The notes under the pieces: model-generated
The model's input: only the letters and a program-made list of their open reading frames with translations
What the model was told of the DNA's origin: nothing
The model's database searches: none
Made by a program: the position numbers and the translations under genes
Shown: positions 36,515-48,513 of the stretch, in pieces
Position numbering within the stretch: the first letter of the stretch is position 1
How the letters are laid out: every line of letters begins with the position of its first letter
Assembly: GCA_002269645.1 (NCBI GenBank)
Contig: NIVC01001510.1
Location: 62,001 to 126,000 of the forward strand
Direction: 5' to 3'
Origin: Macrostomum lignano
Lineage: Eukaryota
DNA length: 64,000 nt

Positions 36515-36945
36515 TAAATTGGGACTGATCACCGACCGAGTCACCCAAACTTGGGACTGATGACTGAGTCACCCAAACTTGGGACTGATCACCGAGTCAT
36601 CTCAAATTGGGACTGATCACCGAGTCATCTCAAATTGGGACTGATCACCGAGTCATCTCAAATAGGGACTGATCACCGACCGAGTCATCCCAAATTGGGA
36701 CTGATCACCGAGTCATCTCAAATTGGGACTGATCACCGAGTCATCTCAAATTGGGACTGATCACCGAGTCATCTCAAATTGGGACTGATCACCGAGTCAT
36801 CCCAAATTGGGACTGATCACCGAGTCATCTTAAATTGGGACTGATCACCAAGTCATCCCAAATTGAGACTGATCACAGAGTCATCTCAAATTGGGACTGA
36901 TCACCGAGTCATCTCAAATTGGGACTGATCACCGAGTCACCCAAG
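36515..36945. repeat. 28-nt minisatellite (ttgggactgatcaccgagtcatctcaaa)
   Basis: Directly visible. Confidence 0.93.
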
Positions 36946-38024
36946 CTTGGGAAAGATCGCAGAGTCACTGCGCCGCAATCTGAAACGAACTTATTAAAAA
37001 TGAGAATGAGTTGTCCAGAGACCACGGCTGACTCATCCTTCAAACAGGATCATCCCACACACGCTGACGCCCTCAGCTCCTACCCCGCCCCTATCGCACT
37101 GTAGCCGGCCTGATTAAACTGCCCAATTGATCGAGACAGATTTCCTGTCACAGCAGCCTACAGCTCTCGCTATCTCGGGGTTGGCAATGGCGCCACTAGC
37201 TATGGGTCTTAGAGTGTAGGGCTCCGCAAGGCGAAGCAAGCAAGGATTTAGAAGGGGAAGGCTTAAAAGAATGCGACCAGTTCGCGTCGGGGGATATAGG
37301 GGAGGAGTAGAAGAGGGTAAAAAAGTTAATCCCCAAATGCTTCGGGGAACTGCAGTGGGGTGAACTCAGTTCGACCGTCATCGTTCGCCCTGGATCTGTC
37401 CCTAGGGGGACTGGGCCCGGACTCTGGTCTCCATGTAATTAGCTCTGCCAGCTAGTTCTGCCCTACTCTTGCGTACGTATACTCACCCTAGCCTCAGCTA
37501 TTGCATCAGCTCCATGCATTACTTATAGTATTATAAGCATTGCTATCTGGCTAGCTATCTCTCTATAAAAGAATGCGCCAAGTTGCACACGGGACCCCCC
37601 CCCCCTGCTGACCTCTTGCTTCGCTTAGCGTGAATAGACAGAGTGAGAGAGAGAGAGGAGATAGAGAGAGCGGACTGTCTGCCTCATGGGAGGCGTTATA
37701 GTGTAGTCACAGCCTTCAGCTCTAAGAACTGTTCTACACACTAACGATCAGAACCGCTAGGTTTGGTTTAATCGTACTTTTGAGTAAAAATCCATTTAAT
37801 TCAGAGGTGAAGTCAATTTTATCTTTGTATTAAAATGTTTTACTACTCAAAAAAGGAAGAAGCTCTCGTTTTAAGTAGCCTATATAGGCGCCTATACCTA
37901 ATAGCCAAGTGAGCTAGATAATTTACCTAACACTCTACTTATGGTAACACATTTAGTCTATGTGAAGTTGGGTAGCTTTAAAACTACATGGATCAGTTTT
38001 GATGGCTACCGACGTTGTAGAGTG

Positions 38025-38812
38025 GCTGGGATCAGTGCAGAGAGGCTGGGATCAGTGCAGAGAGGCTGGGATCAGTACAGAGATGCTGGGATCAGTGCAG
38101 AGAGGCTGGGATCAGTGCAGAGAGGCTGGGATCAGTGCAGAGATGCTGGGATCAGTGCAGAGAGGCTGGGATCAGTGCAGAGGCTGGGATCAGTGCAGAG
38201 ATGCTGGGATCAGTGCAGAAAGGCTGGGATCAGTGCAGAGATGCTGGGATCAGTGCAGAGAGGCTGGGATCAGTGCAGAGAGGCTGGGATCAATGCAGAG
38301 AGGCTGGGATCAATGCAGAGAGGCTGGGATCAGTGCAGAGAGGCTGGGATCAATGCAGAGAGGCTGGGATCAGTGCAGAGAGGCTGGGATCAGTGCAGAG
38401 AGGCTGGGATCAGTGCAGAGAGGCTGGGATCAGTGCAGAGAGGCTGGGATCAGTGCAGAGAGGCTGGGATCAGTGCAGAGAGGCTGGGATCAGTGCAGAG
38501 AGGCTGGGATCAATGCAGAGATGCTGAGATCAGTGCAGAGATGCTGGGATCAGTGCAGAGAGGCTGGGATCAGTGCAGAGAGGCTGGGATCAGTGCAGAG
38601 AGGCTGGGATCAGTGCAGAGAGGCTGGGATCAGTGCAGAGAGGCTGGGATCAGTGCAGAGAGGCTGGGATCAGTGCAGAGAGGCTGGGATCAGTGCAGAG
38701 ATGCTGGGATCAGTGCAGAGAGGCTGGGATCAATGCAGAGAGGCTGGGATCAGTGCAGAGAGGCTGGGATCAGTGCAGAGAGGCTGGGATCAATGCAGAG
38801 ATGCTGGGATCA
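38025..38812. repeat. 20-nt minisatellite (aggctgggatcagtgcagag)
   Basis: Directly visible. It explains the 277/291-aa spurious ORFs. Confidence 0.95.
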
Positions 38813-39954
38813 CTGAAATAAACAGAGATTAATCTGGCGCCATCCCGCAATGCAGTTGAAACAGTTCCATAGTAGTGACAATTTATAAAGCCACGCGCAC
38901 TGCCATACTGTTTTATTGGTTAGTCTGACTGAGAAACTGTTTATTATAACAAAGCTGGTCCAATCGTTGCGCAATAAACAGAGCCACCAAGAATGTCTCA
39001 ATGAGACTGCAGAGTGCAAAACAGGGCGATAGAGAACCAATTTTGATTAGCTATACATATAAATTTGTAAGTGCATTTGATAGGGGATAATAATCCCAAG
39101 CAAGCCTATACGTGTGAATAAAGCAATCTGAATAAGTAATCAGAGAGCAAGGTGAATCACACCTCTCATTGCTAATTAGCATAAAAATGTATAGTTATTG
39201 AACTACATTGATAAGCTGGTCAAGCACAACACAGGGCTACAGGGCTGCGCAATAAACAGTGTAATTTTTATTTATTTTCGTCATCAATATTTATTTACAG
39301 ATATAAAGCGGAACAGTAAGCAGAAATTAATAAACACTAATAATTGTACAGCAAATCATAAATCAACAATAAAAACTTTTCATAATCTACTAATAGATTG
39401 AAAACTTCACGGGTGCCGCTCCTCTCGGGTAATTATTATATTATTACATTAATTACCTATAATTGCTTGTTGCTAGGGGGGATGAGGAGGCAGTGGATGC
39501 GAAGCGAAAGACAAAAAGCACACGGGGGGGCACGTGCTCCGGGATTTTGGGAGCAACTATCTGATAGATAATAGCAGCAAAACTGATTGACAGGCGGACT
39601 AGGAGAATACGGCAATATTGAATACTCGCATACACAGAGGCTAAGAAGCTACAGCATGCGCTATGCAGACACATGCGACGAGAAGCGAACGACAAACACA
39701 AGCAACAGGACTAGCGAGGGCAGACTAATAATACAACACAACAATGCGTGTGCAGAAATTAAAAAGCAAAACTTCACAGAGAGACGAGACTACAGGGAGA
39801 GCCTGCGCAACAAAGATATCCAAAGGTTGATTAAGGTCAAGGCTAGGCGCGTGGCGCCAGGCGCTGCCAGGCTACAAATCAAACAGCTGTGCGCACACGG
39901 TGATCCGAATAAGGGTCCATTTATGAGTCAAGGATGTGGGTTGAGGTCAATTAA

Positions 39955-40670
39955 GGACACGGTTTATAGTCAGCCAAGGACACGGTTTAGGGTCAGTCAA
40001 GGACACGGTTTAGGGTCATTTAAGGACACGGTTTAGGGTCAGTCAAGGACATGGTTTAGGGTCAGTCAACGAGTCTAGGGTCAGTCAACGTGTTTAGGGT
40101 CAGTCAAGAACACGGTTTAGGGTCAGTCAACGTGTTTAGGGTCAGTCAAGGACGCGGTTTAGGGTCAGTCAACGTGTTTAGGGTCAGTCAAGAACACGGT
40201 TTAGGGTCAGTCAACGTGTTTAGGGTCAGTCAAGGACACGTTTTAGGGTCAGTCAAGGACACTGTTTAGGGTCATTTAAAAACACGGTTTAGGGTCAGTC
40301 AAGGACACGGTTTAGGGTCATTTAAGGACACGGTTTAGGGTCAGTCAAGGACACGGTTTAGGGTCATTTAAAAACACGGTTTAGGGTCAGTCAAGGACAC
40401 TGTTTAGGGTCAGTCAAGGACACGGTTTAGGGTCAGTCAAGGACATGGTTTAGGGTCAGTAAAGGACACTGTTTAGGGTAAGTCAAGGACACTGTTTAGG
40501 GTTAGTCAAGGACACTGTTTAGGGTTAGTCAAGGACACAGTTTAGGGTCAGTCAAGGACACAGTTTAGGGTCAGTCAAGGACACGGTTTAGGGTCAGTAA
40601 AGGACACGGTTTAGGGTCAGTCAAGGACACGGTTTAGGGTCAGTCAAGGACACTGTTTAGGGTCAATCGA
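39955..40670. repeat. ~23-nt minisatellite containing TTTAGGG in each unit (ggacacggtttagggtcagtcaa)
   Basis: Directly visible, roughly 30 units. Confidence 0.93.
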
Positions 40671-40857
40671 GGACACGGCTTGGAGTAGGGACACAGCAGT
40701 CGAATTACTCCTAAAAATGGCTAAAACTCACAGCTGGCAACTATTTGAAGCGATAATTCGAATATTTAAGTTAAAAAATCACCAACCTAATCCGTTCTTA
40801 TTCAAAAATTCGTAATGCTTCCTTCCCTAGCTCGCCCAACGCTGTAAACTCCCAAAA

Positions 40858-43800
40858 TCAGCCGGATCCATGATGCCGGTGCACCAGCGGGTAGCACACT
40901 TCGGCCGCCTCCACCAGGGCCAATCGCTGATGCCCGGTGGCGCCATCAGCGGCGGCGCCGGCGGAGGCGTCAGACGAGGCGGAGTCGTGCCGGCAGGCCA
41001 ACGGGCCGCACTGCACGGAGCTGTCATTGGAGTGGTGATACTGCACATCCGGCGGCTCGATCGTCACCTGAGAGGCGAAGAGCGAAGCACTCTAATTTAA
41101 CCAGTCATAGGCGGGTGCCTCTCTCTCTCTCTCTCCGCTCTGCACTAAGGCAATACGCCGCTTAATTAAATATGCAGCCCTACTCTGTTTTACAATAATT
41201 CGGGGGGTGGGGGGACCGGCGTAGAAAAACCCGATCCAAACGTGTTTTTTCATTTCCTCGCGAAAAATTAAAGCGCTCGAGTTTCTCTCTTAGCACCGGC
41301 GTCATTAGGTAGATTGAAATTTCAGAATTCTACCCGACATTCTACCTTGTACTTTGAGCTATTCCGCCCAATCACTACACCGGTCTTTCTGTTGAACAGC
41401 CCGCCCTGTAACAGTCGGTACTTCAGGTCCTTTCTGTAGCAGGCACATTGCTGCAACACACTTAAGTTCACTGTGCTCTTCTGCAACAGTCTGATTTGTG
41501 TGCAACAGTCTCATTCGTGTGCAACAGTCTCATTTGTGTGCAACAGTCTGATTTGTGTGCAACAGTCTGATGTGCAACAGTCTCATCCAAGTGCAACAGT
41601 CTCATCCAAGTGCAACAGTCTCATCCAAGTGCAACAGTCTCATCCAAGTGCAACAGTCTCATCCAAGTGCAACAGTCTCATCCAAGTGCAACAGTCTCAT
41701 CCAAGTGCAACAGTCTCATCCGCGTACCAGTCAAGCCAGTCTCATGACACTCGCATTTAAACACTGTGCTTTTTAAAAAATCAACTGATTCTTTCGCAGC
41801 AGATCAGCAGAACCGCATCCAGTAGTTTTCTATATCCTGTTTTCATTTCTCTGTCAGCCCACCTGGTTTTCTCTCTGCTATTATTCTCTATCTATCTAGT
41901 CTCTAATCTTCGCGCCAATCTGCACAGCCGCGACTCTTCAGGTTGCACAATCAGCGATCTATTTGCGCATGCCCCCCTCCCGACGATGGCGTGCTTCAGC
42001 GCGAGGCCTTATTATAAAGCAGTCACCCCCTATTTAATATGACTAATTGGTAGCGCCAGCTGCTCAGAATCCACCCATCCGGCGACTCGAAATCTGCGGC
42101 TCAATTTCTGCTCAGTTAACCAGCCGGAGCTCCGACAGATCCAGCACAGCTGCCTGCCTTAGAATAATCCCAAGCCCGCCGCATCATCATCAGCCAGCCG
42201 CATATAATAGGATTTTTTCGGTGAGTAGCAAGCCGAATGAACTCAGCATAGTGTACTCGAACCCTTCCCGCCACGCTAACTAGCTCTTTTACCTTACTCA
42301 GTGCAGGCTGGGCGTGGATAGCTCGATCACGGAATACTAGATGGAGAAAATCTGGTGCTGATTAAGGCTAAATACAGAAAGTCAGGGAGACTTTGTCATG
42401 CGTACGCATCCGTGAGCAACAGTCTCATCCGTGAGCAACAGTCTGATCCATGAGCAACAGTCTGATTTATGAGCAACAGTCTGATCCATGAGCGACAGTC
42501 TGATTCATGAGCAACAGTCTGATCCATGAGCAACAGTCTGATCCATGAGCAACAGTCTGATTCATGAGCAACAGTCTGATCCATGAGCAACAGTCTGATC
42601 CATGAGCAACAGTCTGATCCATGAGCAACAGTCTGATCCATGAGCAACAGTCTGATCCATGAGCAACAGTCTGATCCATGAGCAACAGTCTGATCCATGA
42701 GCAACAGTCTGATTCATGAGCAACAGTCTGATCCATGAGCAACAGTCTGATCCATGAGCAACAGTCTGATCCATGAGCAACAGTCTGATCCATGAGCAAC
42801 AGTCTGATCCATGAGCAACAGTCTGATCCATGAGCAACAGTCTGATTCATGAGCAACAGTCTGATCCATGAGCAAGTCTGATCCATGAGCAACAGTCTGA
42901 TCCATGAGCAACAGTCTGATTCATGAGCAACAGTCTGATCCATGAGCAACAGTCTGATCCATGAGCAACAGTCTGATCCATAGCAACATTCTGATCCATG
43001 AGCAACAGTCTGATTCATGAGCACAGTCTGATCCATGAGCACAGTCTGATCCATGAGCGACAGTCTGATTCATGAGCAACATTCTGATCCATGAGCAACA
43101 GTCTGATCCAAAGCAACAGTCTGATCCATGAGCAACAGTCTGATCCATGAGCAACAGTCTGATCCATGAGCAACAGTCTGATCCATAGCAACAGTCTGAT
43201 CCGTGTGCAAAAAAACTGAAGAAACTTTGAGACCATGCTAACAACAACAGCTCATTGAAAGTAACTTTCTTATTGATTGATTTGTTCACAATTTGATTCG
43301 CCAGAAATAGCCCTATAAAAAAGATAACAAAGAATTAAGTAAGGCCTAAATATTCACAAGAATCAGCCAATCCAGATGGTTCGTCATTAAATTTTCATAG
43401 ACAGCAGCCGGATTTATTAAAATTAGAGGGGTGGTTTTTCGCTTCGTCACCTTCCCCATCATTCCAGATGGCTTGTTTTAGAGGTCCACGGAGACAGAGG
43501 GAGAGAGAGGGAGAGAGGAGGAAAACGGGCGAAGGCGCTCATCACGCACAGCAAGCGAGCCGAGCTGCATCTGAAAAAATATATATCTTTGCCATAGGTA
43601 TAATTTCCATGCCTGAGCCGCCCCCAGATTCCATACTTCAGTGTCTGCATTTCTCGTTTGCTCAATGCTTCCTCATCGCTGCTCAATCAGAATTGAAAAA
43701 GAGTTCCTCTCCCCTAGCAACTAACCCGGACAGCCGAAAGCAGAGTCTGCAGCATTTCAATCCCGGCTAGGGAGGTAAATTGAAAAAAATCCTGTGGGTT

Positions 43801-46800
43801 GAGGGAAATCCCATGCCTAAAATTGCAATTTCAATTTGCAGCACAGCTCAGGAGCTTTGGGCGTGGCTAGTTGGTCGGAGGCTGAATAAACTAACCAACC
43901 CAACAGCCGCTAAAAACTACTTGACTTCAGGTCAAAAGCAATTTATCCGAATCACATGTATGATTAAAAGCTACTTTCGATACATGTCGGGACAGGTTAC
44001 TGGTAGCTCAAAGTGCAAAACCGAATAAACCGTCTGTAATGCTCCTTTCTATAAAAAGAAATAATAATTGTGCACACCTGCGCTAATGCTGGCACCCATT
44101 TTACAGCTGGGTGAACTGAAGCAATGCGGAGCTAAGTTCGGCTCAAGGATACAAATTGTTCCGAATGGGCCGAGAATCGAACCCCCGACCTCCCAGTCAT
44201 GAGTTCGACGCTCTGACCACTAAGCTACAACCCTCTTATGCATCTTTTCGATACATATAGGGATAAGGCCTAAGCAGCTTAAAGCGTATAACCAAAATAG
44301 GTTCTTACTGTAAAAGTATTTTTCGATACATATCGGGAGAGTCGCATAATATCATGAAGCATACATTTAGCGCTAAAATAAGCCCCTCACTGGAATGCAA
44401 CTTTCGATACATATCGGGATGCAAAACTGCAAAACTGACCTGCACGCCACCCTCGTCCGAGTGGCTGTTAGAAGGCGAAGCTTCAGCCGAGTCCCTGCCG
44501 CCGCCGCCGCCCTGAATCAGGAGCGTCGGCACTTGGACGCTGCCCGCAACGGACGCGGCAGCGGAGGCCGACACGCCGCTGGGCACGGCGGCGCCGGCCG
44601 GGTTGGCAGCCGCGTGAGAGTGGTGCGAGTGCTCAGCCAGCAGGTGGGCATCGAGCAGCGAGGCCTGGGAGCCGCGGTGAATGTGCAGGCCGCAGGCCTT
44701 CAGAATGTCCAGCTTGCACAGCGGACAGGAGCGCTGGTCCAGCAGCCACGGATCGATGCAGGATTTGTGATAGAAATGCCTGGGTGGGTTGGGGGTGGAG
44801 TATTGTTAGGGTTCTTGTCGCTTCCGCATATAGATCGGCCTTTCAAAATCTCATTGCCAACAGATCTCAAAATCTCATTACCAACAGATCCCAAAATCTC
44901 ATTGCCAACAGATCTCAAAATCTCATTGCCAACAGATCTCAAAATCTCATTGCCAACAGATCTCAAAATCTCATTGCCAACAGATCTCAAAATCTCATTG
45001 CCAACAGATCTCAAAATCTCATTGCCAACAGATCTCAAAATCTCATTGCCAACAGATCTCAAAATCTCATTGCCAACAGATCTCAAAATCTCATTGCCAA
45101 CAGATCTCAAAATCTCATTGCCAACAGATCTCAAAATCTCATTGCCAACAGATCTCAAAATCTCATTGCCAACAGATCTCAAAATCTCATTGCCAACAGA
45201 TCTCAAAATCTCATTGCCAACAGATCTCAAAATCTCATTGCCAACAGATCTCAAAATCTCAAAGACAATCCAGCTCACCTGCAGGGCAGGATTCGAACCG
45301 ACTCGCCGCACCTGTAGGGCTCAATGCAAACGGCGCACTGATCCCCAATCCAGTCGAAATCCTGGCAAAGCGAAGCATTTTTGGAGGTGCGAGGTATTTT
45401 TAAAAACAAAATTCAAGTCTTTAAAGGTAGCGCGCAGGGATCCCCGATTAAGGCTCAGAACATCAAGGAATTCCAACAATTTGTCGACTTTCCCGTCAAA
45501 AGAAAATTCCCCATAATTCCTAGTAGTCCGATTGAAAAAATTCGAACCTCGCACCGCACTATCTGTTTAGCTCTGTTTGAGCAGATCCGCGTAATTAAAA
45601 GCCGGAATAGCGGCTCAGCAGCCGCAGCCTCTCTCTGCCCCGCCTTTCAGCTGCTGTTGCGCACGAATGAAGGATTACAGTACGAGTATAAGGACAGAAC
45701 AAGAAGGAAGAAGTCCGCCTCTCCTCTCAGAGTCCCAGAAATGCGAGCCGCTGCAGATTCACATAGGCCTTCTCTCTCTCCATCTACTCCTAGCTCTCTC
45801 ATAAAGATAAGCCTCTAGTTAATTAAAGCATAGAAAGGCGTTAGTTGCAGAATAATGCGCCCGTGCCTGTCCCTGCTCATCCAAGCTCACTCTGCCACTC
45901 TCGTCAAGCTTAAGCCCTTCAGCTGCCCGACCTTTTCAGTTGGCAAAAAAGTCCGCCGATGAGATGAAAGACAACAGGAGATGAAGCCGAATTTCCTGTA
46001 CCTGAGCGCAAGCAGAAAATCTCCAAGTCTTTCTGCTTTTTTTCTTCTTCTAGACGAAAATATGATGAAAAAATCAATGAAAATTGGGGTGGCTTAGAAG
46101 ATTACGGACTAACGGACGGTTTATCTTTAGCAGGACTTATTAACCCGTGTTCCAAAATAATTTCTTTCGTGTGCTCTTTTAGAAGCCAAAGAACTGAAGC
46201 TGCTTTTGCTCGATTTTAATTAAAAGAAACATAAATAATGAGGCCGTTTGAACAGGAGAAATTAAAGCCTATAAAAATCTCCAGGCTCTTAATAAGATTT
46301 ATTTATCGATCTATCTATCGTATACCTTCAAAAGAGTTTGTTTGCGCTACAAAGTTACTCAATCAACTTTGAGACTAGCACCCTTGTTTTCTCTGTAAAA
46401 AGCGCTCTACGCTACATATTGGCAAGACTGTCAATATTGAAGATACTTATATGCTACGGGCTGCTGCATAAAATCACTCAGAAAATATTGCCTTATAATT
46501 TTTTAGCGCTACATATCGGCAAGTAAGCAAAATGAAAAATATTGATAGCATTAAGCTACAAAACTCACCTTGTCGCCAGTCTTGAGCACCTTGACGGGGA
46601 TTTTTGTCAGCGCCTTCTTCGCCGCGGTACCCAGCCGACGCTGAAATTCGGGGAGGAGGGAGAGTGCGAGCCGGGGGTCAATGGGGGGGGGGTCGACGCT
46701 GAAATGCCAGAAACAACAATTTATAAGAAAAAAGGGAAGCTATGTACTCAATCGTATTGATATATCTTTTCCTCTTGAGGCAGAATAAACTATTATCCAG

Positions 46801-48513
46801 TTGAGCGAAATACACATGCACAATGTACCGTAGTAATATACGGTCATTGACTTGAAACAGCCTGGAATTCCAATCTGTGGACGGTGAGGAGCAGTTATGG
46901 GAATCATTGGCATCCCATGGAATACCTGCCTGAGAACCGAAAATTTAATGAATGATAACCCTGTGTAAGTGTGCGCCTGTGTACATATCCGTGTGGGTGT
47001 TCAGGGGCCAGCGGATCGGCCTCTTCGCTGGTTGCGAGTCAGCTGTTGCAGTGACTTGTGGCAGTCCCCAAAGCCCTGCGAACTGACTGACTGACTGACT
47101 GGCTGACTGACTGACTGGCTGACTGACTGACTGACTGACTGGCTGACTGACTGACTGACTGACTGACTGACTGACTGACTGGCTGTCTGACTGACTGACT
47201 GACTGGCTGACTGACTGGCTGGCTGACGACTGACTGGCTGACTGACTGACTGACTGACTGACTGACTGGCTGACTGACTGACTGGCTGACTGACTGACTG
47301 ACTGACTGGCTGACTGGCTGGCTGACTGACTAACTGACTGACTGAGTGACTGACTGACTGGCTGACTGACTGACTGACTGGCTGACTGACTGACTGGCTG
47401 GCTGACTGACTGGCTGACTGACTGACTGACTGAGTGACTGACTGACTGGCTGACTGACTGACTGACTGAGTGACTGGCTAACTAACTAACTAATTTTGAG
47501 ATGACCCTATCCGAGCACAGTGCAAACAATAGGAATTTGCATCGCAGAAGCCGTGCTTAGAGGACAGAACAACGCCTATCCGCAGCCTAGCAACTAACCG
47601 ACAGCCGCTCCTTGGCGTGCAGATAGCGGAACCGTTGCACATAATAGAAGATCAGCCAGGACAGGCTGATCACCATCAGCAGGATGAAGGACACGGACAC
47701 GAACAGCACGGAGGTCTTATTGATGAGGCCATCCGGCGCTACAGATCTGAACGAATAGCCAATTTTGCAGCTCCGATTGGATCTCTGCAGCTCGTCGAGC
47801 AGGCGGGCGGCCAGGTCGGCCGGCTCGTACAGGACAACCGGAAGCTGCGGGCGGCGCGGCGGCGGCGGTGGCGGCGGGTGCGCCTGGCTGATGATGGCGC
47901 CTGCCGGGGTGGCCGCCGGCCGAGCAGCGGTTGAGGAGGCAGCGGCATCCTCTTCGTAGGACCTGGCGCTGCCGGCCGGCGCGTTAAACACCAACAGCAG
48001 GCCGAGGTCGGGCAGCAGGCGGCGGACGGCTTGGATAGAAGCAACCAGGCCGCAGGCTTTCACATCGGCGAGGGCAACTGTCGGCTCGGCGGCGGCAGCG
48101 GCTGAGGATGCAACAGTCGGCGAGATCAGACGGGCCCGCGTGCAGGGCGGCGACACGGCCACGGCCAGCAGGGCGGCGGCATCGCTAGACAGGATGTGCG
48201 TCTCCGCCTGCTTCCTGCGCAGCCAGCTGAGCCGGTCCGAGCCCGCCGGCTGCACTGCCGGCGACGAGGTGCGCGGCGGCGGATCGACGTCAAAGACGTG
48301 CGGCTTCGCCAGGGCTTCGCAGTCGAATGACAGCCGGAACTCGTCCTGCAGCTGCCGGGTGCGCTGGTAGTGCGCCGACATGAACTCCGGCCTCTGGGAG
48401 ACGTCGCCACGGCCCGAATGCGAGTCGGCGCCAGATGGTGCGGTCAGGACTGCGAGCAGCAGATGGAGAAGTAGCAGTGGCCGCCAAATGTTGGAGCAAC
48501 TTGACGAGTGCAT
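40858..48513 (-). CDS. gol: Goliath/RNF130/RNF150-family PA-TM-RING-H2 E3 ubiquitin ligase, ~539 aa, 5 exons
   Basis: Exons (minus) 48513-47599, 46640-46569, 45361-45279, 44779-44440, 41067-40858, all phase-compatible. Signal peptide; the family signature [34 protein letters not shown]; AKKALTKIP; RING-H2 [42 protein letters not shown]. The symbol is family-level. Confidence 0.92.
41478..41720. repeat. Intronic 19-20-nt minisatellite (gtgcaacagtctcatccaa)
   Basis: Directly visible. Confidence 0.9.
42410..43205. repeat. Intronic 19-20-nt minisatellite (gagcaacagtctgatccat)
   Basis: Directly visible. It shares its core with the 41478-41720 array. Confidence 0.95.
44082..44232 (-). mobile_element. 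tRNA-derived SINE with CORE/Meta-like domain (same family as 28541-28715)
   Basis: The reverse complement reads GGTTGTAGCTTAGTGGTCAGAGCG...GGGGGTTCGATTCTCGG...tgtatccttgagc...ttgcttcagttcacccagctgtaaaatgggtgccagca. Confidence 0.82.
44845..45260. repeat. Intronic 24-nt minisatellite (caaaatctcattgccaacagatct), nearly perfect
   Basis: Directly visible. It fills the intron that splits the RING domain. Confidence 0.96.
47085..47490. repeat. (GACT)n/(GGCT) tetranucleotide microsatellite
   Basis: Directly visible, intron 1 of the goliath-like gene. Confidence 0.95.

Noticed and set aside
36270-36580. Hammerhead ribozyme cores (CTGAnGA words here and at other sites)
   Set aside because: I found no correctly placed GAAA plus stems I-III by eye; a covariance-model search would be needed.
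37941-38832. 291-aa and 277-aa ORFs
   Set aside because: Translations of a 20-nt tandem repeat.
44160-44232. tRNA gene
   Set aside because: It has A/B boxes but the acceptor stem does not pair, and it continues into a SINE body shared with 28541-28715.
44395-45516. 373-aa plus-strand ORF with KISLPTDL repeats
   Set aside because: Antisense to goliath-like exons plus a 24-nt intronic minisatellite.
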